Assembly (NCBI GenBank): GCA_002269645.1
Contig: NIVC01004342.1
Coordinates: 1 to 49,482, forward strand
DNA length: 49,482 bases
Direction of reading: 5' to 3'
Source of the DNA: Macrostomum lignano
Taxonomy: Eukaryota
The notes under the pieces are model-generated. The model was not told the origin of the DNA and did no database searches. It worked only from the letters and a program-made list of their open reading frames with translations. Shown here piece by piece: positions 37,462 through 48,300 of this stretch; the stretch's first letter is position 1; each line of letters starts with the position of its first letter. The translations under genes and the position numbers were made by a program.

Positions 37462-39701
37462 GCTCCACCAAAGCGCCAAGCAAAGCAGACAGCTCAGAAC
37501 AGACTGGGCATTTCAGCAGCCAATGGCGGCATTTCCAAGCCCGCTTCGTCGCCTCTAGCAGCAAAGGCTGATGTGCAAAACCGGCGACCACCATCAAGGC
37601 GACAGGCTGCGGTTCAGGCAATTGCTGCGTTGCCTGGATTGGCTAGCCAGGACCGCAGAAGGCAGTCTGCTCCGCCTGTTGCCAAGTTCTCTGCTACCAA
37701 GGATGCTGCCACCAAGAGTTCTGCCACCAAAGTTGATGCCACCAAGAGTTCTGTTACCAAGGATGCTGCCACCAAGAGTTCTGCTACCAAAGATGCTGCC
37801 ACCAAGAGTTCTGCTACCAAAGATGCTGCCACCAAGAGTTCTGCCACCAAAGTTGATGGAGTTAAAAAGGCAGCACAGGTGTCGAACAAGGCTTCAGGTG
37901 AGTGACGTGCCATAATACACATTGGGAAGAGGTGCCTAACCTACACGGGGCGGGTAGTTGCTCAGCCTACAGTAGGGGGTGGGTAGGTGGCCAGCCTACA
38001 GTAGGGAGTGGGTAGGTGGCCAGTCTACAGTAGGGAGTGTGTAGGTGGTCAGCCTACAGTAGGGGGTGGGTAGGTGCCCAGCCTACAGTAGGGGGTGAGT
38101 AGGTGGCCAGCCTACAGTAGGGGGTGGGTAGGTGCCCAGCCTACAGTAGGGGGTGGGTAGGTGCCCAGCCTACAGTAGGGAGTGGGTAGGTGGCCAGCCT
38201 ACAGTAGGCGGTGGGTAGGTGCCCAGCCTACAGTAGGGGTGGGTAGGTGCCCAGCCTACAGTAGGGGGTGGGTAGGTGCCCAGCCTACAGTAGAGAGTGG
38301 GTAGGTGGCCAGCCTACAGTAGGCGGTGGGTAGGTGGCCAGCCTACAGTAGGCGGTGGGTAGGTCCCCAGCCTACAGTAGGGGGTGGGTAGGTGGCCAGC
38401 CTACAGTAGGGAGTGTGTAGGTTGCCAGCCTACAGTAGGGAGTGTGTAGGTTGCCAGCCTACAGTAGGGGGTGGGTAGGTGCCCAGCCTACAGTAGAGGG
38501 TGGGTAGGTGCCCAGCCTACAGTAGGGGGTGAGTAGGTGGCCAGCCTACAGTAGGGGGTGGGTAGGTGCCCAGCCTACAGTAGGGGGTGGGTAGGTGCCC
38601 AGCCTACAGTAGGGGGTGGGTAGGTGCCCAGCCTACAGTAGGGAGTGTGTAGGTTGCCAGCCTACAGTAGGGAGTGTGTAGGTGGCCAGCCTACAGTAGG
38701 GAGTGGGTAGGTGGCTAGCCTACAGTAGGGAGTGGGTAGGTGGCCAGCCTACAGTAGGGAGTGGGTAGGTGGCCAGCCTACAGTAGGGGTGGGTAGGTGG
38801 CCAGCCTACAGTAGGGAGTGGGTAGGTGGCCAGCCTACAGTAGGGAGTGGGTAGGTGCCCAGCCTACAGTAGAGGGTGGGTAGGTGCCCAGCCTAAAGTA
38901 GGGGGTGGGTAGGTGGCCAGCCTACAGTAGGGGGTGGGTAGGTGCCCAGCCTACAGTAGGGGGTGGGTAGGTGGCCAGCCTACAGTAGGGGGTGGGTAGG
39001 TGCCCAGCCTACAGTAGGGGTGTGGTAGGTGCCCAGCCTACAGTAGGGGGTGGGTAGGTGGCCAGCCTACAGTAGGGAGTGGGTAGGTGGCCTACAGCCT
39101 ACAGTACAGAGGGGGGTATCGGCCCAGCCTGCAGAGCCTGACCTTCCTCCGTTTGATTTCTCAATGTTCCACAGGCGCCAAGCGGCAGCCGAGGAAGCCA
39201 GAAGCGGAAAAGAAGCAGAGCAAAATGGCGCCAAAGCAGAAAAGAAGCGGCGCCGGCGGCGGCAGCAGGAAGTCGGCAGCGCCCCGAGACCCATTCGACA
39301 TCAGCGGCCTGGATGTCGATGTCGACGAGGACGATAGTGTCGCGACCAGCGTTCGACCGAAGTCGAAAGGTCGCAAATCTTCAACAACGCCAGCTCCAGC
39401 GCCAGCATCGGCGCCAGCGACTAGCGCTGTCGGGCATTCCCAGCGCCAACTGCTGCTGTGCCACAGGCACGCCTATCAGTTTTTTACACCGGCGCGCCGG
39501 CGCCAACAGAGCGGCGCTGGCAGACAGTTGGTCAAGTCGGCTAAGGAGAACCAATCCGCCGCGTCTGGCGCCAGCGGTAGCGGCGCCGATTCTGACGTAG
39601 ACAGCGCCGAAGAGGAGGAGACCGCGCCGGCGTCGCCGCGTTTTGACCGACAACGACAGTCGGCGTCGGCAACTGCACCCGCGACGGATGCGTGGCGTTA
39701 G
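37462..39701 (+). CDS. Two 3' exons of a Lys/Ala/Ser-rich low-complexity protein (5' exon not located)
   Basis: Exon 37462-37897 (ctgcag|GCT...TCA G|gtgagt) joins exon 39175-39701 (ccacag|GC) in phase 1. Contains 10-aa repeats DAATKSSATK and RDPFDISGLDVDVDEDD; stop TAG at 39699-39701. Confidence 0.65.
37963..39105. repeat. 29-bp G-rich intronic tandem repeat, ~39 units
   Basis: Unit CAGCCTACAGTAGGG(A/G)GTGGGTAGGTG(G/C)C; period 29 (37963, 37992). Confidence 0.97.
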
Positions 39702-39727
39702 GGGAGGAGGACATCTGGTGTATCTAA

Positions 39728-39977
39728 TGCTTATCCAATAGGAAAGTACATATCTGAGGGGAGATAGTGCGTATCCAAGGGAAAAGTACATATCTGAGCT
39801 GAGAAAGTGCTTATCCAAGGGAAAGTACATATCTGAGGGTAGAAAGTGCTTTTACAAGGGAAAGTACATAGCTAAGAGAAAAAAGTTCTTATCCAAAGGA
39901 AAAGTACATATCTAAGAGGAGAAAGTGCTTATCAAAGGTAAAAGTACACATCTAAGGGGGCAACTGCGTATCCAAGG
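39728..39977. repeat. ~40-bp degenerate tandem repeat, ~6 units
   Basis: AAAGTACATATCTGAG...AGAAAGTGCTTATCCAAGG recurs at 39743, 39783, 39822 and onward. Confidence 0.9.
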
Positions 39978-40361
39978 TTGCATTTTGCGGGTCATTTGTT
40001 CGGCTTATATTTAACTCATGGTGCTAAGAACCTTAATCCTTTGCCCAATAAAAAAGTGTTCTTCATTTTTACCCTGTAATTCCAGTCTTTGTACATGCTA
40101 AAAATAATTTGTACATAAAAATTATACTTTAAGTGTGGATATTAACAAATTTTACTATTTTTGCTTGACTCAGTCTAATAATCAATGTAAGCTTTGTGCC
40201 ATGTGTTTTAATTTCTAACAGTTTTATAAATATACGAGTGTGTACCTGTACTGTCAGGTCGGCCTGGCTAGATTACTAACAATTTTGTTAAAATAATTGA
40301 TGCTCATTTTTCACTTCTGTGTTTGCCGGATATTTGTTGGGGTTCAGACCTTCTCTAAGTA

Positions 40362-40568
40362 TGTTAGATCAGTGGCATCATGGGTTAGATCAGTGACATA
40401 TCAGTGGGTTAGATCAGTGACATATCAGTGGGTTAGATCAGTGACATATCAGAGGGTTAGATCAGTGACATATCAGAGGGTTAGATCAGTGACATATCAG
40501 AGGGTTAGATCAGTGACATATCAGAGGGTTAGATCAGTGACATATCAGTGGGTTAGATCAGTGACATA
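40362..40568. repeat. 24-bp tandem repeat, ~8.5 units
   Basis: Unit GTTAGATCAGTGACATATCAG(A/T)GG. Confidence 0.96.
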
Positions 40569-41008
40569 AATGCATTAGGTCAGTGTAAACTAACCACATG
40601 TATTTATAATGAACAACTACATGTGGTGCCTAACAGAGTTTAAATACTGGAGCATTGTGATTCGGTAACTTCGGAATTATTGTATAAAAGATGCTTGAAG
40701 TATATTAATATTAGAAAGTCCAGTAGGAGTGTCAACTATCAAAGAAGAACATGTATATTTGTATCCACTCAGTAATGTTAAAATTTGTTTTGCGATTTGG
40801 TCGGTGTACAAGCGTACAAAATACATGTACACTAATAAGTATCAGAATAATAATAGTAAAAGGAAAACTGATATTAACTAATTTGATTAACTGTAGTGCT
40901 TAGCGATAGTTTTCTGTTAGCAGCGTTATAACAATATTCATGTGATGAAGGTTGAAACTGGCATGTAATTTTTAGATAGAGAAGTCACCAGAGCACTCAG
41001 TAAACCTC

Positions 41009-42661
41009 CTACTCAGCGCTGTAGTCGTTGACAGCCTCTTCCACTGCCTCGGGCGACCGAGACTCAGCCTCAATCGGAGCCGTTGAGTTCTTCCGCGGCA
41101 GCAGGAAGGGCTTCAGCCGGCGGGCCCAGCGGCCCAGACTGCGGCGCTGGCTCTCGTCGACGGTGCTGCAGCCGACGGTGGTCCGGTTCAGGCCGTCCAG
41201 CAGGTCTGCCAGACTGCGCAGACGGCGGATCAGCCGACCACGGAAGCGACGTCCGCGGCGGCGACGCCACTCGGCGGCGGAGTCCGACATTGCAGTCGAC
41301 TTGCTGCCGCTACCGCGGCGGCTTCTCCAGCTGGCGCGTCGAAAGAAGCTCCGGATGCGGCGCAAGCGACTCGACCTCACTCTGCGCTTCGGGCTGGCAG
41401 TCGGCTCTCGATCTGGGGCAGGACTCCGCTTGGTTTCGAGCTCCTCCGATTCCTTCAAATACAAAAAATACTAGAAATACAAAAAGGCGCTTCGATTGTG
41501 GAAATCTTTCATTTGCAGTAGTAACGTTTGTGCATTCTATGAGAGATTGACTACTGAAGAGTAGCAAGAAAAGAATTTCAAGCGAATCTCTTATAGGACA
41601 CAAGTATAGCTCACAATTCCTATTTGTACATGATTTATTTGCCCAACAATCCGTTCGCCCTCTACTCAAACACGCATACGAGCTACGTACGGGCGCGTAT
41701 TCGCTCTTCTCCAGCTCATCGGGATTGTCGACGCTTTCAAGTTCGTTGGCGATCTCTTCTGTAGCTTCAGAATCCTCAACGGGAGCAGCTGGTGAGGCGG
41801 CCGAGTTACTCGGCTTCACTCTCCGCTGCGGGCGGGCGATCGGCTCTCGATCTGGAGCAGGACTCCGTTTGGCTTCGAGCTCCTCCGATTCCTTCAATAG
41901 AAACACAATAAGCGCTCCGATTGTGGAAATCTTGAAATTGCAATACTAATTCGTGTGTGTGCATTCTATCGAAATCAACTACTGAAGAGTAGCATGACAA
42001 GACTCTCTCATGAAAGCGAATCTCTTATTGTACATGTGGAGGCTCACAATTCATATTTGTACATGTATATAGCGTATTAAACACGCATACTTACGGGCGC
42101 GTACTCGCTCTCCTCCAGCTCATTGGGCTTATCGACGCTGCCAAGGTCGTTGCCGATCTCCTCCGTAGCTGCAGAGTCCTCAGCGGCAGCAGGTGAGGCG
42201 TCCAATATGCGTTGAAGGAATCGCCGGGTACGGCGCGATCGACTCGAACTCTCGATTCTGCGCTGCCGGCTGGCGGTTGGCTCTAGATCTGGAGCAGGAC
42301 TCCGTTTGGTTTCGAGCTCCTCCTCCGATTCCTTCAATAGAAATCCAGAAGCGTCAACTTTGTTAGTTTTACAATTAGCTCGTAGTAAGTCACGTGTGTG
42401 CATTCTATAGGAGATTGGCTACTGAAGAAGAGTAGCAAGAAAAGAATACACAACATGTATTAGCGTATTTCCCTAAAAATAATTGCTTACGGGCGCGTAC
42501 TCGCTCTTCTCCAGCTCGTCGGGATTGTCAACGCTTTCAAGATCGTTGGCGATCTCCTCCGTAGCTGCAGAGCCCTCAGCGTCAGCAGGTGAGGCGGCGA
42601 ATGCGGAGGCGGCCGCCGCGAGGCCCAGCAAGAGGAGCGCAGTCAGCAGCAGAGGTTTCAT
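41009..42661 (-). CDS. Secreted modular peptide precursor (4 exons, 350 aa): signal peptide, acidic spacers, KR-SPAP sites, Arg-rich segments
   Basis: Exons 42661-42491 (57 aa, MKPLLLTALLLLGLAAAASA), 42331-42095 (79 aa), 41891-41691 (67 aa) and 41452-41009 (147 aa + TAG). All introns are GT-AG, phase 0, and mutually homologous. Confidence 0.85.
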
Positions 42662-42738
42662 GTTTGCAAGAACAGATTTTAGACCTTAGGCTTATATGGA
42701 GATACTGGATTCTGTAATAAGCTAATACTGACGCTGTC

Positions 42739-42744
42739 TTTATA
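42739..42744 (-). promoter_or_regulatory. TATA box candidate for the secreted precursor gene
   Basis: TATAAA on the minus strand, 78 nt upstream of the ATG at 42661. Confidence 0.4.
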
Positions 42745-43628
42745 GACGATGGAATATCCTAGATAAGGCCTCTCAAATCCGGGCTAAGAGTTGCAATGCC
42801 ATATCCGCAGCGGCGCAGCACAGGGCCGTAAGGCAGTTTTGAATAGAATGAAAACAATGCAGAATAGAGACACTTCATGGATTCTCGAGACACAGCGAGT
42901 CCGCGTCTTTGCCAGAGAGAACTAAAACGAGAGTCTGGATAGAGTTTCTTGGATGCGTGGCTTGCAAAGCTATGCATAGTCTTTTGGTTGAAGATCTCCT
43001 TGGCTTTGCCCGCTAATAAACAGGTCTATAAATACATTTGCACTGCCGTGGTTAAAGTTTAACAACAATAAGAGCGGAGAATGATAAATCCGGATTTCAA
43101 CAAAATTCAAAGGCAAAACCTTTATAAAATATAGTTAATGGTAGGTAAAGATGTGAATTATATTTTATAACATTGCACAAATACGTCCAATTTTGTTCTT
43201 TCGCGCTCGAAAATACTAATGAAGTTAGTCTATACGAAGAATTAGTATTGCAATTCATAGGAAATAGTAAATATATAGTAGTTTTGTGTAATATTATAGA
43301 GCATTGAATTGCAGGCAGTATCGAGGATTTGACCAGAACTTTATATACGAGTATAGCAAATCTAAAACTAGAAAAACGCACAACAAAGCAGGCAAGCGTG
43401 GATTTAATAAATACTTTGAAAAGTCTCGACATCTTGAACTAGATTTAAGCCTGATAAAGCCAGTTTAAGCCAGTTGACAGGTAAATATGGCGTCTCAATC
43501 ATTAGTAAACTGAAAGCTATATAAAACGAATTTGCACATGCAGCAGAGTATTGCGGTACAGTTGGGGACATGCAGAATGTTTGATGTCAAGGGTTTTTCA
43601 GACAAGGTTCTGAGATGTAGGAGAGAGC

Positions 43629-43670
43629 CAGTGGCGTACTCAGGGGGGGGGGCACCCCCCCCCCCCCAAT
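43629..43670 (+). mobile_element. Left terminus of a CAGTGGCGTA-type MITE-like element
   Basis: CAGTGGCGTACTCAGGGGGGGGGGCACCCCCC; partner terminus not found downstream in the window. Confidence 0.4.
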
Positions 43671-43734
43671 TGCCCATACATAAAAAAGGTGACTAAGCTC
43701 GACGAATGACAGGAGCTGACCAACTTTTGCCAAG

Positions 43735-44065
43735 GAGACAGGGCGCCTATATCTAGGAGACAGGGCGCCTATATCTAGGAGACAGGGGCGCCTATATCAA
43801 GGAGACAGGGGCGCCTATATCTAGGAGACAGGGGCGCCTATATCTAGGAGACAGGGGCGCCTATATCTAGGAGACAGGGGCACCTATATCTAGGAGACAG
43901 GGGCACCTATATCTAGGAGACAGGGGCACCCATCTAGGAGACAGGGGCGCCTATATCTAGGAGACAGGGGCGCCTATATCTAGGAGACAGGGGCGCCTAT
44001 ATCTAGGAGACAGGGGCGCCTATATCTAGGAGACAGGGGCGCCCATCTAGAAGACAGAGGCGCCA
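43735..44065. repeat. 23-bp tandem repeat, ~14 units
   Basis: Unit GAGACAGGGGCGCCTATATCTAG. Confidence 0.96.
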
Positions 44066-44577
44066 CCATTGGAGACAGCATTTAGGCCAGATACTAAGAT
44101 AGACGCTAACACAGACAGAAGTGAAAAGAAAGACGATGATACTTAAAGCACACAAAAAACTACAAACACAGTTGGATCGATAATACAAAACCACGAAGAG
44201 GTCCAAGAAAATGACTTTTTATGAGGAGGGTTGCTTGATAAAATCGGGATGCAGGATCGGGATCGGGATCATTTTAACATTTATTAAGTAATAACAAACG
44301 CTTGCATTTGAAATACACCAGCTGCAGTTCGATAAATTTTTCACAAAACATAACTTAAAAATATAGAAACAATTTCCTAACACTATCCAATGACGAATGC
44401 AAAATGAGTAAAATGGCAAAACCTAAAAATTGACACGAAAAAATAATTGACATACTTACAGCAGAAAATAAATTTAAGCAACTGAAATAGGGGGGTGTTA
44501 ACTGCTTTTTGCAGGCGTTAAAAGTAATCTGAAAAAACCACACGTTTGGAAGTAAAGTTAACTGGGTAGTTACCTAC

Positions 44578-45152
44578 GGGCTACCCAGGTAGCTCAGGTT
44601 TCCAGGTAGCCCAGGTTCCCAGGTTTTCCTGGTAGCCCAGGTTCCCAGGTTTTCCTGGTAGCCCAGGTTCCCAGGTTTTCCTGGTAGCCCAAGTTCCCTG
44701 GGTTTCCCGGTAGCCCAGGTTTCCTGGTAGCCCAAGTTCCCTGGGTTTCCCGGTAGCCCAGGTTTCCTGGTAGCCCAAGTTCCCTGGGTTTCCCGGTAGC
44801 CCAGGTTTCCCGGTAGTCCAGGTTCCCAGGTTTTCCCGGTAGCCCAGGTTAACAGGGTTTCCCGGTAGCCCAAATTCCCAGGGTTTCCCGGTAGTCGAGG
44901 TTCCCAGGTTTTCCCGGTAGCCCAGGTTAACAGGGTTTCCCGGTAGCCCAAATTCCCAGGGTTTCCCGGTAGTCCAGGTTCCCAGGTTTTCCCGGTAGCC
45001 CAGGTTAACAGGGTTTCCCGGTAGCCCAAATTCCAGGGTTTCCCGGTAGTCCAGGTTCCAGGTTTTCCCGGTAGTCCAGGTTCCCAGGTTTTCCCGGTAG
45101 CCCAGGTTAACAGGGTTTCCCGGTAGCCTAGGTTTCCAGTTTTTCCCGGTAG
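44578..45152. repeat. Complex tandem repeat (10-30-bp subunits, 78-bp higher-order unit)
   Basis: Subunits such as TTCCCGGTAGCCCAGGTT; marker AACAGGG at 44851, 44929 and 45007. Confidence 0.93.
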
Positions 45153-45302
45153 CATTCAGGCTTCTTAGATCCTTAGATATCCCAGATTATCCATTTGGAA
45201 AATGATAAATTCAACCACTGTTATAGTTTGTCTCAGAGCAGCCAGGCCCAGCAACAGTTGTTTCCCCTAACAGACTCAGCCGAAATAGGCCAGCTGAAGC
45301 CC

Positions 45303-48300
45303 TCAAAGCCGGGTCTCTTGGCCGCCAGCCGGAAATCCGTCGGGCAACGGCAGTGCTGAGTACTGGCTGCGCCGCCGCCTGTCGGCCCGGCCGCCGCCGA
45401 CTCCGCACAGGCAGCAAATGCACAGCGACATCACTATTGTGAGCAGCTGCGGGCGCGGTCATTGGGGGCGGGCAATCTGTCAGTACTTGAATTGTTACAC
45501 TTTATTATACGCTATTAGATATATATTCGTATTTTAGGGCAAAAGTCGTTTTATTAACCCTCTTACACCTCCCCCAGCTGAACCCTCCGACCGCTTCTTG
45601 CCGCACAAAACCTCTACCCTGCCCGCCTCCATTTAATTGCCTTTCTCGGTGTTCTATATCTAAAGCTGCTATGTACATTAAAAAGACTCATTTATTGGCC
45701 CTCTTAACTCCCCCCGGTTGAATTCCCCGACCGCGTCTTGCCGCACGAAACGTCTACCCCCCCCCGCCGGCCTCCATTTAATTGCCTTTCTCGGTGTTCT
45801 ATATCTAAAGCTGCTATGTACATTAAAAAGACTCATTTATTGGCCCTCTTAACCCCCCCCCCCGGTTGACTTCCCCGACCGCGTCTTGCCGCACGAAACG
45901 TCTACCCCCCCCGCCCGCCTCCATTTAATTGCCTTTCTCGGTGTTTCAGCCAAATGCTGACTGCCATGTACATTATCAGTGGCGCTGGCAAATGTACATT
46001 ATGCCTTATAAGTCACTCTCAACTACCTTTCGTGTCGTGAAATAGCTTACGCATGCTTCCTTACTACTGAACTGAAAGTAGAAAAACTGTCAAGAAAACT
46101 GATAAAAAATCCACAGCCACAATTATTATGGTTCTGAGAACTGGCAGAGACTATTCAAATATGCTTTGCCAATTAGCCTACTTATTATATAGTAGCGTGA
46201 AATGTTGCTCATTATGTGATACCAGTTCTAATTAAAGTCGTCCCTGGATATGGCTAATAATATTATAAATTAATTACAATCTGCCCTATTTGGGCCAGAT
46301 GTGCAACCGACAGCTCAGCCGCAGCTATTGCGCGGCGCATCTGAAGGCTGCGTACGGCTGTTCAGTCCAAGGACTGGGGGGGGGGGGTCGCCACACCTCA
46401 ATTACCCCCATCTAATGCTGGCACCCATTTTACAGCTGGGTGAACTGAAGCAATGCAGAGTTAGGCGTCTTGCTCAAGGACACAAATTGTTCCGAGTGGG
46501 TCACGAATCAAACCCTCGACCTCGTCGTGAGTCTGACGCTCTAAGTCAAACCACTAGGCTACAACCCGCCCTTACTTGGCTATCAAACACACCGCTAAAA
46601 CATTTTACATTACTATAAGTAGAATAATCGGAAAACTAGCGAATTAATTCACCTCTAGCGCTGTCAGGCCAACAGAAACGAATAGGCCGATGCGGATCGC
46701 GCGCCAGGTAGTTTCCATGACAACGGAACGGCAGCCCTGGAATAAAGCGATTGAGGATAGCCATGTCGCATCTGAGCTTATATACTATTTAAGCTCGCGT
46801 CTACAACCCCATTTGAAGTTTAGCAATTGCCACAGGTTTTGGATAAAAAATCTACTATTAGCAACAAGTGGCGATTCACACCATGAGGGCCAACCCCAAG
46901 GCACAGAGTGTACATGGCCTTACGATTAGAAAGTCAGGGGGCTGCTGTACACCATGTGGGAGCGAGTGCGCGCCTGCGTACAGCATTGGCGCGCTTGTGT
47001 GCCCAGGAGTCAGATGAGGAATAGGCAGAATCAGCGCCAGTTGTGGGACAATGTCATCTACAGCACCTTAAGCTAATGCTCACCCTATCATAGGCCAGCT
47101 CAAACGGCAGCGAGTACGGCTTGGGCTCGCACTCTGTAGGGCCCAGCTTCTCTGAGTTGCAGCAGGACCAAGGAATCTGCAGGGTATCGCCGCCTGCGGC
47201 ACCTCTGTAGTCCCTGTAGGACTGACCGCCGCAGCAGTAAAACTGAAAAATAAGAGATTTTCTTGATTGTCAAACTTTTGACCCCGTGTGCAGAAATCAG
47301 AATAAGAAACAAGAAATAACAGAACCAACCCGCTTGTGAAGGATGTCCATTAGGCCAGCATTGCCATCATTACTATACTGATAGTTGCGCTGCCAGGTAT
47401 CGAAGGACTCGCCAATCGTCTCTTTAACCTGAATTTGTATTTTTAGTATGATAGAAGATAAGCTACTTACACTGTTCAGTAGTATTTTCTGTGTGTTAAA
47501 TTAAATAAAAACATTTGTCCAGAAAAAATATGACCCGTAGAAGGGAATTTTCTAACGTCAGATACTAGCATCCCCTTTGACCCTTGGCATCTCAGCAACT
47601 TCACCCGTGAGCATTGGCATCGCAGTAACTCCAGCCGTGAGCATTGGCATCAGCAACTTCACCCGTGAGCCTTGGCATCTCAGCAACTCCAGCCGTGAGC
47701 ATTGGCATCTCAGCAACTTCACCCGTGAGCATTGGCATCTCAGCAACTTCACCCGTGAGCATTGGCATCTCAGCAACTCCAGCCGTGAGCATTGGCATCT
47801 CAGCAACTCCAGCCGTGAGCATTGGCATCTCAGCAACTTCACCTGTGAGCATTGGCATCTCAGCAACTTCACCTGGGAGCATTGGCATCTCAGCAACTCC
47901 AGCCGTGAGCATTGGCATCTCAGCAACTTCACCCGTGAGCATTGGCATCTCAGCAACTTCACCTGTGAGCATTGGCATCTCAGTAACTTCACCTGTGAGC
48001 ATTGGCATCTCAGCAACTCCACCTGTGAGCATTGGCATCTCAGCAACTTCACCTGTGAGCATTGGCATCTCAGCAACTTCACCTGTGAGCATTGGCATCT
48101 CAGCAACTCCACCTGTGAGCATTGGCATCTCAGCAACTCCACCTGTGAGCATTGGCATCTCAGCAACTTCACCTGTGAGCATTGGCATCTCAGCAACTCC
48201 ACCTGTGAGCATTGGCATCTCAGCAACTCCACCTGTGAGCATTGGCATCTCAGCAACTCCACCTGTGAGCATTGGCATCTCAGCAACTCCACCTGTGAGC

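Noticed and set aside
42750-42760. kappaB-like GGAATATCC upstream of the peptide precursor
   Set aside because: Does not meet the GGGRNNYYCC consensus; expected by chance.
45211-45462. 83-aa minus-strand ORF MTAPAAAH...
   Set aside because: Wrong frame; the region is the last tetraspanin exon (45446-45303) in another frame.
46711-46724. Perfect X-box GTTTCCATGACAAC
   Set aside because: Lies within a tetraspanin coding exon, so probably a codon coincidence.
47471-47488. 18-nt micro-exon candidate in the tetraspanin (AG|...|GTAAGT)
   Set aside because: Does not fix the phase mismatch and would leave a 42-nt intron.
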